Positions 38,485 through 50,281 of a DNA stretch of 64,000 nucleotides are shown in pieces. The DNA comes from an uncultured Acidobacteriota bacterium (lineage in GTDB: Bacteria > Acidobacteriota > Terriglobia > Terriglobales > Acidobacteriaceae). Numbering within the stretch: position 1 is the stretch's first letter; each line of letters opens with the position of its first letter. The position numbers were made by a program, and so were the translations under genes. The stretch lies in assembly GCA_963837635.1 (NCBI GenBank), contig CAWINY010000006.1:725236-789235 (forward strand), given 5' to 3'. The notes under the pieces are model-generated. The model was not told the origin of the DNA and did not search any database. It was given only the letters and a program-made list of their open reading frames with translations.

Positions 38485-38494
38485 CTCAATCCCA

Positions 38495-39667
38495 TTACTT
38501 CGCGGCTACGGCAACCACCTTTTCGGCCGCGTCTTTCATGGTCTCGGCCAAAACAAAGTTCAGTCCGCTGTCCTTCAGGATCTGCCGGCCAGCCTCTACG
38601 TTGGTGCCTTCCAAGCGCAGCACCAACGGAATCCCCAGTTTAGTGGTGCGAGCTGCAGCGACCACCCCCTTGGCCAGGGTGTCGACGCGCAGGATGCCGC
38701 CAAAGATATTGATCAGCACCGCCTTCACGCTCTTATCGCTGAGCAGGATTTCAAAGGCGTGGGTGATCTGTTGTTCATTGGCGCTGCCGCCCACGTCGAG
38801 AAAATTGGCCGGCATGCCTCCGGCATACTTGATGATGTCCATGGTGGCCATGGCCAGTCCGGCGCCATTCACCATGCAGCCGATATTGCCGTCCAGCTTG
38901 ATGTAGTTCAGGCTGTACTTGCTGGCCTCGACCTCCAGCGGGTCCTCCTCGGTCACGTCGCGCAGCTCGCGAATGTCCTGATGGCGGAACAGGGCGTTGT
39001 CGTCGTAGTTGATCTTGGCATCCAGCGCGTACAGCCGCCCGTCGGTGGTGCTGATGAAGGGATTGATCTCGACCAGCGAGGCGTCGCCGCCCTCGGCGGC
39101 GCGGGCCAAGGCGGTCATGAACTTCACTCCGAGGTTGAGCACGGACGGCTTCAGACCCAGAGCGAACGCCAGTTTGCGCGCCTGGAACGGCAGCAACCCG
39201 AAGCCGGGCTCCATGTACTCTTTCACGATGGCCTCGGGATTCTTGGCGGCCACCTCTTCAATTTCCATGCCGCCGAACCTGGAAGCCATAAAGACGTTCT
39301 TGCCCACTGCCCGGTCGAGCACGATGCCGAGATAGAACTCCTTCTCGATGGGTAGCGTTTCTTCGACCAGTAAGCGGCGCACGGTCTGGCCTTGTGGACC
39401 GGTCTGGTGGGTGACCAGTTTCATGCCCAGCATCTTGCCGGCAAGCTCGGCGGCCTCCGCTACCGACTTGGCCAGCTTGACTCCGCCGCCTTTGCCCCGG
39501 CCGCCGGCATGGATCTGCGCCTTGACCACCACGCCTTGCGCGCCATTGTCGAACAGCCCCTTGGCCACCGCCTCGGCTTCCTCCGCGGTGGTCGCCATTT
39601 GCCCCTGGGGAACGACAACCCCGTATTGGGACAGGATATGTTTTGCCTGATACTCGTGTATTTTCAT
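38495..39667 (-). CDS. sucC: Succinate--CoA ligase subunit beta (ADP-forming)
   Basis: Trimmed to '[17 protein letters not shown]'. ATP-grasp N-terminal domain. '[17 protein letters not shown]'. Confidence 0.9.
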   Translation of the reverse strand: MKIHEYQAKHILSQYGVVVPQGQMATTAEEAEAVAKGLFDNGAQGVVVKAQIHAGGRGKGGGVKLAKSVAEAAELAGKMLGMKLVTHQTGPQGQTVRRLLVEETLPIEKEFYLGIVLDRAVGKNVFMASRFGGMEIEEVAAKNPEAIVKEYMEPGFGLLPFQARKLAFALGLKPSVLNLGVKFMTALARAAEGGDASLVEINPFISTTDGRLYALDAKINYDDNALFRHQDIRELRDVTEEDPLEVEASKYSLNYIKLDGNIGCMVNGAGLAMATMDIIKYAGGMPANFLDVGGSANEQQITHAFEILLSDKSVKAVLINIFGGILRVDTLAKGVVAAARTTKLGIPLVLRLEGTNVEAGRQILKDSGLNFVLAETMKDAAEKVVAVAAK

Positions 39668-39903
39668 AAGAGTGCAGATTGCCCGTAGTTCTGGGCTGAA
39701 AGTTGATAGCGGGAATTGTAAATTGAGGGATGCTCCAGAGGCAATTATTTTTTGGGGCAACTGTCCCGCGCGGCATGAACGGGGACCTGCGGCACCGCTG
39801 ATGAACGCTGATCATGACCAGACTTGCTTGTTTCTTAATCAGCGTGAATCAGCCGCGGCTTCCACTCGGTAATGGTTGATGAAATGATAGATTGTTGAAA
39901 TCC

Positions 39904-40944
39904 ATGATCACCGACGCACTCCACTGCATTGCCAACCGGGGGCAGTCCCTGTCGCGCCAGCAGGCACGGACGGTTATGGGCGACATCCTAGCGGGCAAAT
40001 GCACCGATGCGCAGATTGCCGCCCTGCTGGTGGCGCTGCACATGAAGGGCGAGACCGTGGACGAGATCGTGGGCTTTGCCCAGGCGATCCGCGCCGCCGC
40101 GACACCCCTGTTCCCGCGGGATGGCGAGTGCGCTCTGGTGGACACTTGCGGCACTGGAGGCGACGCCAGCGGCACCTTCAACATCTCGACCGCAACCGCC
40201 TTGATCGTTGCCGGCGCCGGCGTGCACGTTGCCAAGCACGGCAATCGCAGCGTGAGCTCCAAGTGCGGCTCGGCCGATGTAATCGAGGCGCTGGGCGTCA
40301 AGCTCACCCTTCCTCCGGATCGAGTGGCAGAGTGTCTTGACCAGGTGGGGATCGCGTTTCTGTATGCTCCGGCAATGCATTCGGCGATGAAGTACGTCCA
40401 GCCGGCGCGCCGCGAGCTGCGCCTGCGCACCGTGTTCAACCTGCTCGGCCCGCTCTGTAATCCGGCGAACGCCTCGGCCCAGGTGGTGGGCGTCTACTCC
40501 GACGATCTGGTGCTGAAGCTGGCCGAAGTGCTGCGCCAGTTGGGTCTGAACCGGGCGCTGGTGGTGCACGGTAGCGACGGCCTCGACGAGATCACCATCA
40601 GCGGCGCGACGCGGGTGGCGGAGCTCCGCGAATCTGAAATCCACAACTACGTGATTAATCCGGAAGACGTTGGCCTGGAGCGCGCGCCCTTGAGCGCGAT
40701 TGCCGGTGGCGACGTTCAGACCAACGCGGAGATCATCCGCGCTATTCTTGCCGGGGAACGCTCGGCACGCCGGGATGTCGTGCTCCTCAATGCCGCGGCG
40801 GCGCTGGTCGCTGCCGGACGAGCGGAGACGATCAAAGATGCTGTCCCCCTGGCGGCCTACTCCATCGATTCCGGCAATGCTCGCGGCAAGCTGGAACAGT
40901 TGGCGAGCTTCACGAATAGTTCACAGGTAGCAGGTCACAGGTAG
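39904..40944 (+). CDS. trpD: Anthranilate phosphoribosyltransferase
   Basis: '[18 protein letters not shown]', '[16 protein letters not shown]'. The last ~8 codons run into the 7-mer word array. Confidence 0.85.
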   Translation: MITDALHCIANRGQSLSRQQARTVMGDILAGKCTDAQIAALLVALHMKGETVDEIVGFAQAIRAAATPLFPRDGECALVDTCGTGGDASGTFNISTATALIVAGAGVHVAKHGNRSVSSKCGSADVIEALGVKLTLPPDRVAECLDQVGIAFLYAPAMHSAMKYVQPARRELRLRTVFNLLGPLCNPANASAQVVGVYSDDLVLKLAEVLRQLGLNRALVVHGSDGLDEITISGATRVAELRESEIHNYVINPEDVGLERAPLSAIAGGDVQTNAEIIRAILAGERSARRDVVLLNAAAALVAAGRAETIKDAVPLAAYSIDSGNARGKLEQLASFTNSSQVAGHR

Positions 40945-40998
40945 CAGGTGCAATAGCCGACGTGGCTGAAGCCGTACCTGATACCTGATACCTGATAG
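40924..40998. repeat. 7-mer word array as inverted repeat (CAGGTAGCAGGTCACAGGTAGCAGGTG ... TACCTGATACCTGATACCTGATAG)
   Basis: Read directly. Overlaps the trpD stop codon. Confidence 0.7.
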
Positions 40999-41117
40999 AG
41001 ATAGCCACTCGTTGAAGTTCTGGCTCCACGATGCCGATTTACCGGTAACAATTGTCGAGTATTTGCATTAATTAGTTGGAACGTGGGTGAAGAAAGCCGT
41101 CTCAAGGAGCCAGGGAA

Positions 41118-41291
41118 ATGCCGCTTTATGATTACCTGTGCCGCGCGTGCGGCAGGCAATTCGAGCTGCTGCGCCGGATCAAGGATAAGGATCAAGGCTT
41201 GCAGTGCCCGGACTGCAACTCGGATCAGGTTGAGCGAATCTTCTCCACGTTTGCCGCGGGGGGATGCGGCGGAGCAGGCCACTTTCGTTGA
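41118..41291 (+). CDS. FmdB-family zinc-ribbon protein (CxxC...CxxC)
   Basis: Not in the track (57 aa). MPLYDYLCRACGRQFELLRRIKDKDQGLQCPDCNSDQVERIFSTFAAGGCGGAGHFR. Confidence 0.7.
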   Translation: MPLYDYLCRACGRQFELLRRIKDKDQGLQCPDCNSDQVERIFSTFAAGGCGGAGHFR

Positions 41292-41799
41292 GGGACGTAA
41301 AGGACGGCCGGTCGGCCGTCTCAGGGGACCACAAGGTTCCTTCGCTACCCTATGCGTCATTGCTTCCTCCCGGCGTGGAAGCGGTAGAAAGCGCGGAAAA
41401 AGACGTTACGCACCGTCACGCGCTACCACCCTTCCCGCCGGGTGGCGTCACACTTATCGGTCCAGCACGCGCCTTCCAGGTCACACTCAGGAACGGCCTC
41501 GACTCATCCAGAGCGGCAACGACCTTTACCGTTCCACACCCGATTCAGCGTACCTGTCCTGACCGATTTTCATCTCTGTGGGTGGGCCGAAGGCCCATGT
41601 GTCACTCAGGATGACAACTCTTCTGTTGACGCTCCTCTCCTTACTTCTGTCCACTTTTCCTTCGCGCCTTAGTCTTCGCGTTGGATTTTCTCTGTGCTTT
41701 TTCTCGGGCGTCCTCTGCGCGACCTCTGTGTCCTCCGCGGTAAATGGTTTTTCCAATTCGATTGCGCGCGGTGGCAGGCATCGTTAAACTTAGCGGGAT

Positions 41800-42297
41800 A
41801 TGCCGGAAAACACCTTCGACGTTGTCAGCAAGCTGGACTTGCAAGAGGTTGCCAACGCCATCCAGATGGCGATGAAGGAGATCACCACCCGTTTCGACCT
41901 GAAGGATTCCAAGTCGAACATCGCCCTGGAAGGCAAGGACGCCATCGTCCTGACCTCGGCCGATGACTACAAGCTCAAGGCGATCAACGACATACTGCAG
42001 ACCAAGCTGGTCAAGCGCGGGGTGCCGATCAAGAATCTGGAGTACGGCAAGATCGAGCCGGCCGCCGGCGCCAGCGTGCGCCAGCAGGTGAAAATGCAGC
42101 AAGGCATCGACATCGACCGGGCGCGGAAGATCGTGAAGCTGATCAAGGACACGAAGAAGAAAGTGCAGGCTTCGATCCAAGGCGATTTGGTGCGGGTCAG
42201 CGGCAAAGACCGCGACACGCTGCAGGAGATCATGGCGCTGCTGCGCAAGCAGGATTTCGGCATTGATATGCAGTTCACCAATTACCGGTCATCGTAG
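41800..42297 (+). CDS. yajQ: YajQ family nucleotide (c-di-GMP)-binding protein
   Basis: 165 aa. 'FDVVSKLDLQEVANAIQMAMKEITTRFDLKDSKS' is typical of UPF0234/YajQ. Confidence 0.85.
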   Translation: MPENTFDVVSKLDLQEVANAIQMAMKEITTRFDLKDSKSNIALEGKDAIVLTSADDYKLKAINDILQTKLVKRGVPIKNLEYGKIEPAAGASVRQQVKMQQGIDIDRARKIVKLIKDTKKKVQASIQGDLVRVSGKDRDTLQEIMALLRKQDFGIDMQFTNYRSS

Positions 42298-42312
42298 GAA
42301 ACCCGAGGGTAC

Positions 42313-43311
<999 letters not shown>

Positions 43312-43592
43312 CGGGATAGGCACCCTTCACCTCGCGCCCGCCCGGTCCCAAAACCGGGGACCGGAAGAAGGGCGGGCACTCGCCGAAGGGCCACCATCCT
43401 TTGCGACGCTTACCCCGGGCTCACGCCCGGGGCTACCTTCTGTCGCCCCCTTCGGGGGCTTGATGCATCGCCAACTCACAAAAAACGCAAGGTGCTTCGA
43501 CTCGCCGGATCGCACAAGACGTGCGACCGTCTCGCTCAGCATGACAAGGAAATCGCTGGAACGCCCTACTAGTCACTAGTTACCAGTCACTA

Positions 43593-44486
43593 GAGCGTGT
43601 TTCATAAATAGGTTCGGCCTCAGCTTAGGTACTTACGTACGAGGCGGGTGAACTGATGAGCTTCTGTCATGAAGAAGCGGCAGAAGCTGTTGACGGACGA
43701 GCAGTGGCAACTGATTGAACCTTTGCTTCCCGAACCGAAGCGCCGGCGGGACAACCGGGGGCGACCGTGGGCACCGAACCGGGCCTGTTTTGAAGGCATT
43801 CTGTGGATTCTGCAAACCGGAGCGGCATGGCGGTTTCTGCCGGACGAGTTCCCCTCACCCGCGACCTGCTGGCGGCGGTTGAAGCAATGGGAAGATGAAG
43901 GCGTCTGGCTGAATGCGTGGCGCGCCTTGCTCGGTGCGCTGGATGAGGAAGGGCTGCTCCAGTGGGACGAGACCTTCCTGGACGGCAGCTTCGCGCCGGC
44001 AAAAAAAGGGGCGCTGCCGTCGGTAAAACCAAGCGGGGCAAGGGAACGAAGTGGATGGTACTGGTCGACGGTCAAGGTCTTCCGCTGGGAGTTCGGCTGG
44101 AAAGTGCCTCTCCGGCAGAAGTTACGCTTGCGGAAGCCACGCTCGCCGAAGTCCGCGTCCCGCGCCCGAAAGGACGGCCGCGGCAAAAGCCCGAGCGCAT
44201 AATCGCTGACCGTGGTTATGACTCCGACCCGCTGCGTGAGCGACTGAAGAAGCGAGGCATCGAGCTGATTGCGCCCTACCGCAAGAACAACAAGGAACGG
44301 CGCTACGAAGATGGCCGTAAACTGCGGCGGTATCTGCGTCGCTGGATCGTGGAGCGAACCAATGCATGGCTTGGCCAGTTCCGCCGATTGCTGGTTCGTC
44401 ATGAGCATCTGCTCTCCACCTACCGCGCCTTCTTCTACCTTGCCTGTTTCTGGATTACGCTGAGGCGCTGTTTATGAAACACGCTC
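43593..44486 (+). mobile_element. IS5-family (IS427-group-like) insertion sequence, 894 bp
   Basis: Perfect 16-bp terminal IRs GAGCGTGTTTCATAAA / TTTATGAAACACGCTC. Flanking TA/TA. Two overlapping transposase ORFs. Confidence 0.8.
43669..44477 (+). CDS. IS5-family DDE transposase produced by programmed -1 frameshift at A7G (44001-44008)
   Basis: OrfA '..LTDEQWQLIEPLLP...GRPW...FEGILWILQTGAAWRFLP'. OrfB, in the -1 frame, has 'GKGTKWMVLVDGQGLPLG...IADRGYDSDPLRE...RWIVERTNAWLGQFRRL'. The slippery run is gcAAAAAAAGgg. Confidence 0.8.
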
Positions 44487-44508
44487 TAATCACTTATAGC
44501 TTGAATCA

Positions 44509-44814
44509 CTATGCTTGCGGATACGTGGTCTGCTGAGGCGCGACCGGAGCCGAGGCCGGAAAGGCAAGCGGCTCTTCCGGAATAATCACCCACCCGACGA
44601 GGTACCCAATCACCCCCAGCGGGAAGCCGAGGATCGCTGCCAGCGCCCACACAACCCGCAAAAGGTTGACGTCCAGTTCGAAGTACTCGGCGAACGCCAG
44701 GCACACGCCCGCAATCTTCCGTCCCACGCGAGGCCGCATCAGGCGGCGGCGCGCCGCCACCGCCCCCACGCGCTTGCCGCAGTAGGCACACAGGTTGGCG
44801 TCATCCTGGATCAC
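44509..44814 (-). CDS. PspC domain-containing membrane protein
   Basis: 'LMRPRVGRKIAGVCLAFAEYFELDVNLLRVVWALAAILGFPLGVIGYLVGWVIIP'. Confidence 0.75.
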   Translation of the reverse strand: MIQDDANLCAYCGKRVGAVAARRRLMRPRVGRKIAGVCLAFAEYFELDVNLLRVVWALAAILGFPLGVIGYLVGWVIIPEEPLAFPASAPVAPQQTTYPQA

Positions 44815-44960
44815 CTTACCGCAATAGTTGCATTACATAGCCATCTCCTCCAACAAGTATACGGATGCTGGCGCGGAGGTTCCGCGGCCAGAGCTGCTGC
44901 AGATTCGGTCCCTGTTGTGACGGCTTCTGCAACGTAAGCGGGTGGTGGAACATCTATAAA

Positions 44961-44990
44961 CTTGACAGTATGTGACTCAGGTTCTATTAT
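44961..44990 (+). promoter_or_regulatory. dnaK promoter (TTGACA-N17-TATTAT) overlapped by a HAIR-like HspR operator (CTTGACA-N7-ACTCAGG)
   Basis: -35 at 44962-44967 and -10 at 44985-44990. The inverted repeat 44961-44981 matches the HAIR consensus CTTGAGT-N7-ACTCAAG at 11 of 14 positions with exact spacing. hspR is the last gene of the operon. Confidence 0.55.
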
Positions 44991-45071
44991 GCGTTCGTTA
45001 GCAGCAGGAATGCTGTAAAGTTCAACGACAGCAATCATTTAAAGGGAATCGTAAGCAGGAGGCAGCTACCG

Positions 45072-47024
45072 ATGGCAAAGATTATAGGCATTGACTTGGG
45101 TACCACCAACTCGGTGGTAGCAGTAATGGAGGGGGGCGAGCCCAAGGTGATCCCCAACGAGGAGGGCGGGCGCACCACTCCGTCGGTCGTGGCCTTCACC
45201 AAGACCGGGGAGCGGCTGGTCGGCCAGGTGGCCAAGCGCCAGGCGATCACCAACCCGGAGAATACGGTTTATTCGATCAAGCGCTTCATGGGGCGGCGCT
45301 ACAACGAAGTCAACGAAGAGATGAAGATGGTCCCCTTTAAGGTTGTCCAGTCGGGCGACCACGTGGGCGTGGTGGCCCAGGGCAAGGAGTACACCCCGCC
45401 GCAGATCTCGGCCATGATCCTGCAGAAGCTGAAGAAGGCGGCGGAAGACTACCTGGGCGAGTCGGTGAGCGAGGCGGTCATCACCGTGCCGGCGTACTTC
45501 AATGACGCCCAGCGGCAGGCGACCAAGGATGCCGGCCAAGTCGCCGGCCTGAGCGTGAAGCGCATCATTAACGAGCCCACGGCGGCCGCGCTTGCCTATG
45601 GCTTGGACAAGAAGAAAGACGAAACCATTGCCGTCTACGACTTCGGCGGCGGCACCTTCGATATCTCGGTGCTGGAAGTCGGCGAAGGCGTAGTCGAGGT
45701 GAAATCCACCAACGGTGACACCCACCTGGGCGGCGACAACATCGATCAGCGCATCGTGGACTGGCTGATCGACGAGTTCAAGAAGGACGAAGGTCTTGAC
45801 CTGCGCGCCAAGGGCAATGAAATGGCGCTGCAGCGCCTGCGCGATGCGGCCGAGCGCGCCAAGATCGAGCTCTCCACCACGATGGAGCACGAGATCAACC
45901 TGCCCTTCATCACTGCCGATGCCAGCGGCCCGAAGCACTTGGTCAAGCGGCTAACGCGGGCCAAGCTGGAGTCGATGGTGGAGGACATCATCCGCCGCGC
46001 CATCGGTCCTTGCGAGCAGGCGTTGAAGGATGCCGGGGTCACGCCGGCGCAGATTGACGAAGTGGTGCTGGTCGGCGGCCAGACGCGCATGCCGGCGATC
46101 CAGGAGCAGGTGAAAAAACTGTTCGGCAAGGAGCCGCACAAGGGCGTCAACCCGGACGAAGTGGTGGCGGTCGGCGCGGCGCTTCAGGGTGGCGTGCTGG
46201 GCGGCGAGGTCAAGGACCTGCTGCTGCTCGACGTGACCCCGCTAACGCTGGCGATCGAAACCCTGGGCGGCGTGGCGACGCCGATGATCCCTCGCAACAC
46301 GACCATTCCGACGCGCAAGACCGAGACCTTCTCGACCGCGGCCGACAGCCAGACCTCGGTCGAGGTGCACGTGCTGCAGGGCGAACGGCCCATGGCGGGA
46401 CAGAACCGCACCCTGGGCAAGTTCCACCTGACCGGCCTGCCCCCGGCTCCGCGTGGCGTGCCGCAGATCGAGGTCACGTTCGACATCGACGCGAACGGCA
46501 TACTGAACGTCACCGCCAAGGACCGGGCCACGAGCAAAGACCAGAAGATCACGATTACCTCGTCGTCCGGCTTGTCGAAGGACGAGGTGGAGCGCATGGC
46601 CAAGGAAGCCGAGGCGCACTCGGCCGAGGACAAGGCCAAGCGCGACGAGGTCGAGGCGCGCAACCAACTCGATGGCATGGTTTACAACATCGAGAAGATG
46701 CTGCGCGAGCACGGCGATAAGATCAGCGGCAGCGAGCGCGGCGACGTGGAAAGCGCACTGGCCGACGCTAAGACTGCTCTCCAGGGCACTGACGCCAGCG
46801 CCATGAACTCGGCCCGCGAGCGCCTGACCCAGGCTTCGCACAAGCTGGCCGAGGCGATGTACAAAGCTGCCCAGTCGGGTTCGCCCGCCGAGGGCGGTGC
46901 CGCTCCAGGCGCAGCTCCCAGCGAGGAGCACGGCGCGGGACCCGAGCCAGGCGCCAACGGCGGCGCCAAAGAAAAGGAAGGCGTCATCGACGCGGAGTAC
47001 GTGGACGTGGATGAGAAGAAATAG
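45072..47024 (+). CDS. dnaK: Molecular chaperone DnaK (Hsp70)
   Basis: 650 aa. '[14 protein letters not shown]', '[12 protein letters not shown]', '[10 protein letters not shown]'. Confidence 0.95.
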   Translation: MAKIIGIDLGTTNSVVAVMEGGEPKVIPNEEGGRTTPSVVAFTKTGERLVGQVAKRQAITNPENTVYSIKRFMGRRYNEVNEEMKMVPFKVVQSGDHVGVVAQGKEYTPPQISAMILQKLKKAAEDYLGESVSEAVITVPAYFNDAQRQATKDAGQVAGLSVKRIINEPTAAALAYGLDKKKDETIAVYDFGGGTFDISVLEVGEGVVEVKSTNGDTHLGGDNIDQRIVDWLIDEFKKDEGLDLRAKGNEMALQRLRDAAERAKIELSTTMEHEINLPFITADASGPKHLVKRLTRAKLESMVEDIIRRAIGPCEQALKDAGVTPAQIDEVVLVGGQTRMPAIQEQVKKLFGKEPHKGVNPDEVVAVGAALQGGVLGGEVKDLLLLDVTPLTLAIETLGGVATPMIPRNTTIPTRKTETFSTAADSQTSVEVHVLQGERPMAGQNRTLGKFHLTGLPPAPRGVPQIEVTFDIDANGILNVTAKDRATSKDQKITITSSSGLSKDEVERMAKEAEAHSAEDKAKRDEVEARNQLDGMVYNIEKMLREHGDKISGSERGDVESALADAKTALQGTDASAMNSARERLTQASHKLAEAMYKAAQSGSPAEGGAAPGAAPSEEHGAGPEPGANGGAKEKEGVIDAEYVDVDEKK

Positions 47025-47123
47025 CCAGGTCCGGTGTGGGGCGGGTCTCTGACCCGCCCCATCTTTGGGACGGGTCGAAGACCCGTCCCACATGTACTCT
47101 AACGACCAACGACCAACGACAAA

Positions 47124-48362
47124 ATGGCCACCACTGCGACCAAAGATTATTACGGCACTCTGGGCGTGAAGAAGAGCGCCTCGGCGGAGGAGATCCGCAA
47201 GGCGTTCCGCAAGCTCGCGCGTAAGTATCACCCCGACGTCAATCAGGGGGACAAGGCCGCGGAGGAGAAGTTCAAGCTGCTTTCCGAGGCCAACGACGTC
47301 CTGAGCGACCCCAAGAAGCGCAAGATCTACGACCAGCTCGGCTTCTATTCCGACAACATCGATCCGGCGGCAGCCGAGGCCTATGCCCGTGGCGGCAACA
47401 CCGGTTTCGGCGCGGGCGGATTCGGCGGCTTTCCCGGCGGAGGTGGACAGGGCGGCCGTGGGCAGGGAATTCCCGTGGATTTTGGCGGCTTCGACTTTTC
47501 CGACATCATCGACAAGGCGCAGCAGCAAGGTGGCCGGCAGCAGGGCGGGGGAGGCGGGTTTCGCGATATCTTCTCCAACATCTTCGGCCGGGGCGGGGCA
47601 GCCGCCCACGAGGCGCCGGAGCCGGGCAGCGATCTGGAGTACCAGGTCAACGTGCCTTTCTGGGAGGCGATCCGCGGCAGCGTGATGCGGTTGAGCATCA
47701 CCCGCCAGCAGAGCTGCGGGCATTGCCACGGTGAAGGCTATTTGCAGGGTACGCAGACCTGTCCCGAATGCGGCGGCAAGGGTCAGGTCACCCAGACCTC
47801 GGGCGGCATGAAGTTTAACTTGCAATGCCCGCGTTGCGGCGGCAGCGGCAAGACGCGCAACGTCTGCCCGGCCTGCCACGGGAGCGGCCTGGTGACGCAT
47901 GCGGAACCGCTGGAGGTGCGCATCAAGCCGGGCACGCGCGATGGGCAGCGCATCCGGCTGGCCGCCAAGGGCAACGCGGGCGGGCATGGCGGCGTGCCGG
48001 GCGACCTCTACATCATCGTGCGCACGGGCAGCCATCCGGTCTTCCAGCGCGAGGGCGACGATATCCAGCTGACGGTTCCGGTCACCATCACCGAAGCCGC
48101 ACTGGGCGCCAAAATTGAAGTGCCCACCATCGACGGCCGCGCCCTGTTGCGCATCCCGCCGGGAACCCAGAGCGGGCAAAAGCTGCGCCTGCGGGAAAAG
48201 GGCGTGCCCTCAGCGATACGCGAGGGCGCGCGTGGCGACGAAATCGTCGAGGTAACGGTTGTGACGCCGCATGTGCACGACGAGCGCTCGAAGGAGATCC
48301 TGCGCGAGTTGGGCAAGCTGAATCCCGAGGACCCGCGGCAAGAGTTGTGGAAGGAAGTGTAG
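47124..48362 (+). CDS. dnaJ: Molecular chaperone DnaJ
   Basis: J domain '[34 protein letters not shown]', G/F-rich region, four CxxCxGxG repeats. Confidence 0.95.
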   Translation: MATTATKDYYGTLGVKKSASAEEIRKAFRKLARKYHPDVNQGDKAAEEKFKLLSEANDVLSDPKKRKIYDQLGFYSDNIDPAAAEAYARGGNTGFGAGGFGGFPGGGGQGGRGQGIPVDFGGFDFSDIIDKAQQQGGRQQGGGGGFRDIFSNIFGRGGAAAHEAPEPGSDLEYQVNVPFWEAIRGSVMRLSITRQQSCGHCHGEGYLQGTQTCPECGGKGQVTQTSGGMKFNLQCPRCGGSGKTRNVCPACHGSGLVTHAEPLEVRIKPGTRDGQRIRLAAKGNAGGHGGVPGDLYIIVRTGSHPVFQREGDDIQLTVPVTITEAALGAKIEVPTIDGRALLRIPPGTQSGQKLRLREKGVPSAIREGARGDEIVEVTVVTPHVHDERSKEILRELGKLNPEDPRQELWKEV

Positions 48363-48500
48363 GAAGTTTTACCGCGGATCGCGCGGATTCAAAACGGATT
48401 CTCACGGATTGTTTCCAAATTAATCCGCGTTGATCCGGTCTCAATCCGTGTACATCCCCGGTAAGAAGCAGGTTTGCTGACGGCTGATGGCTGAGAGCTG

Positions 48501-48905
48501 ATGGCTAAGAAACGCGGCAAAGGCGCATACATGATTTCCGCGGTGGCGGAGATGTACGACATCCATCCGCAGACGCTGCGGCTCTATGAGCGCGAAGGTT
48601 TGCTGAAGCCCTCGCGCACTGAGGGAAATACGCGTCTCTACACCGACGAAGACCTGGAGCGACTGGAGTTCATCCTCACCCTGGCGCGTGACCTGGGCGT
48701 AAACATCAGCGGCATCGGCATCATCCTGCAGATGCGCGAGCGCATGGAAATGATGGAGCGCCAGATTCACGAGTTCTTCAGCAGCATGCAAGAGGAGATG
48801 ATGCGCCGCGTCGAGCAGCAGGTCCCGCCGGAGAGCGGAGCGCTCGTGCCGGTCCACCGCATGGTCGTCAGCCCGTCGGACAATCAGAAGAAGAACAAGC
48901 AATAG
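48501..48905 (+). CDS. hspR: MerR-family heat-shock repressor HspR
   Basis: 'YMISAVAEMYDIHPQTLRLYEREGLLKPSRTEGNTRLYTDEDLERLEFI'. Positioned after dnaJ, as in the actinobacterial dnaK operon. Confidence 0.8.
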   Translation: MAKKRGKGAYMISAVAEMYDIHPQTLRLYEREGLLKPSRTEGNTRLYTDEDLERLEFILTLARDLGVNISGIGIILQMRERMEMMERQIHEFFSSMQEEMMRRVEQQVPPESGALVPVHRMVVSPSDNQKKNKQ

Positions 48906-49026
48906 GGTTTCAGGTACCAGGTGACAGTTTCTAGGGCTGGTTCAGATGTCGCAAGTATCATTCTGAGCGGCACATGGGTCTTTCGGCCCACGTCAAACAT
49001 TACGGCCAAGTGACGCCCCTGGATTT

Positions 49027-49117
49027 GTCATTCCGAGCGCGCGGTTTTGGCGCGAGGAATCCGCAGTTTCGCCCTAGTCAGCCATAAATGCGGATTCCTC
49101 GCTTCGCTCGGAATGAC
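49027..49117. repeat. MITE/REP-like inverted-repeat element (GTCATTCCGAGCG...CGCTCGGAATGAC)
   Basis: gtcattccgagcgcgcggttttggcgcgaggaatccgcag ... tgcggattcctcgcttcgctcggaatgac. A further half copy is at about 48955. Confidence 0.65.
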
Positions 49118-49189
49118 AAAAAGGTTCGCGGAGTTCTCCCTGCTCCCGTGGTAGGTTCTTAGGCCACGTCTACGCGTGGTTCCGCTCCG

Positions 49190-50197
49190 ATGCTCAACTT
49201 CAAGCTGGTCTATTCCGACGACTACACGCTGCCGCTAGGCCAACACGTCTTTCCCGCACAAAAATACCGGCTCATTCACCAGCGGCTGCTCGGCTCCGGC
49301 CTGGTCACGCCTGAGGACTTTGTAGCGCCACAGCCGGCGACGGATGAGGACGTCCGGCTCGTCCATACGGAAGAGTATGTACACGCCCTCAAGAGCGGTG
49401 AGCTCTCTGACAAGCAGCGACTCCAGATGGAGATCCCCTACTCGCCGCAACTGGTGCAGGCGTTCTGGCTCTCGGCGGGGGGATCAATCCTGGCTGCCGA
49501 CCTCGCGCTGCAGGATGGGGTTAGCATCAGCCTCGGCGGCGGATTTCACCACGCGTTCCCGAATCATGGCGAGGGCTTCTGCATGATCAACGACGTCGCC
49601 ATCGCCGTGCGCAAGCTGCTTCGTGAGAGGAAGGTGCGCCGGGTGATGGTGCTCGACTGCGACGTGCATCACGGTAACGGTACGGCCGCGATCTTCAGCA
49701 ACATGGATACGGCCGCCGTGGAACCCGCACTGATTGCGCAAACTCACGCGTGGTCGGCCGGCGTGCTCGCCCCGCAGCGGCCAGCGTGCGTGGGGGAAGC
49801 CGATGCCGGGGACGTGTTCACCGTGTCGCTGCACCAGGAGCACAACTACCCGGTGTGGAAGCCGCCTTCCTCGCTGGACGTGCATCTGCCCGACGGTACC
49901 GACGATGCCGAGTACCTCACTTGGCTGGACAACGCGCTCAGCGCGGCGCTGCGCCGCTTCGAGCCGGATTTGATCGCCTATCTCGCGGGCGCCGACCCCT
50001 ACCAGGACGACCAGCTTGGCGGCCTGGGCCTGACCATCGGCGGGCTGCGCCAGCGCGACGAGTACGTATTCCGTGTGGCGCAGTCGCGCGCCATCCCGAT
50101 CTTCGTCACGCTCGCCGGCGGCTATGCGAAGAAGGTGGAGGACACGGTGACCATCCACAGCAACACGGTGTTCGTGGCGGCAGAGGTCTACAGGTAG
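49190..50197 (+). CDS. Histone deacetylase-family (class II-like) deacetylase/amidohydrolase
   Basis: 'GGGFHHAFPNHGEGFCMINDVAIA', 'DCDVHHGNGT', 'SLHQEHNYP'. Contains a ~35-aa insertion between 'IFSN' and 'VFTVSLH'. Confidence 0.8.
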   Translation: MLNFKLVYSDDYTLPLGQHVFPAQKYRLIHQRLLGSGLVTPEDFVAPQPATDEDVRLVHTEEYVHALKSGELSDKQRLQMEIPYSPQLVQAFWLSAGGSILAADLALQDGVSISLGGGFHHAFPNHGEGFCMINDVAIAVRKLLRERKVRRVMVLDCDVHHGNGTAAIFSNMDTAAVEPALIAQTHAWSAGVLAPQRPACVGEADAGDVFTVSLHQEHNYPVWKPPSSLDVHLPDGTDDAEYLTWLDNALSAALRRFEPDLIAYLAGADPYQDDQLGGLGLTIGGLRQRDEYVFRVAQSRAIPIFVTLAGGYAKKVEDTVTIHSNTVFVAAEVYR

Positions 50198-50202
50198 CTA
50201 TA

Positions 50203-50281
50203 AAAAGCGCTTTCAGCTCTCGGCTTTCAGCTTGAAACCTTGATCGCGTGAGCTGAAAGCTGATAGCCGATAGCGCCTTTT
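50203..50281. repeat. Word-repeat inverted repeat between convergent genes (GCTTTCAGCT.. / ..AGCTGAAAGC)
   Basis: aaaagcgctttcagctctcggctttcagct-N18-agctgaaagctgatagccgatagcgcctttt. Likely a bidirectional terminator. Confidence 0.6.

Noticed and set aside
44998-45018. CIRCE-like element upstream of dnaK (TTAGCAGC-aggaa-TGCTGTAA)
   Set aside because: The spacing (5 nt rather than 9) and the half-site sequence do not match TTAGCACTC-N9-GAGTGCTAA. No hrcA is nearby. The HAIR-like repeat with a linked hspR explains regulation better.
46242-48179. 645-aa minus-strand ORF spanning dnaK/dnaJ. Similar long antisense ORFs include 13582..14880, 735..1607, 22240.., 39849.., 45066...
   Set aside because: They lie antisense to genes with unambiguous conserved products, have Arg/Ala/Gly/Pro-rich low-complexity composition, and have no recognisable motifs. 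They are typical shadow ORFs of high-GC DNA.
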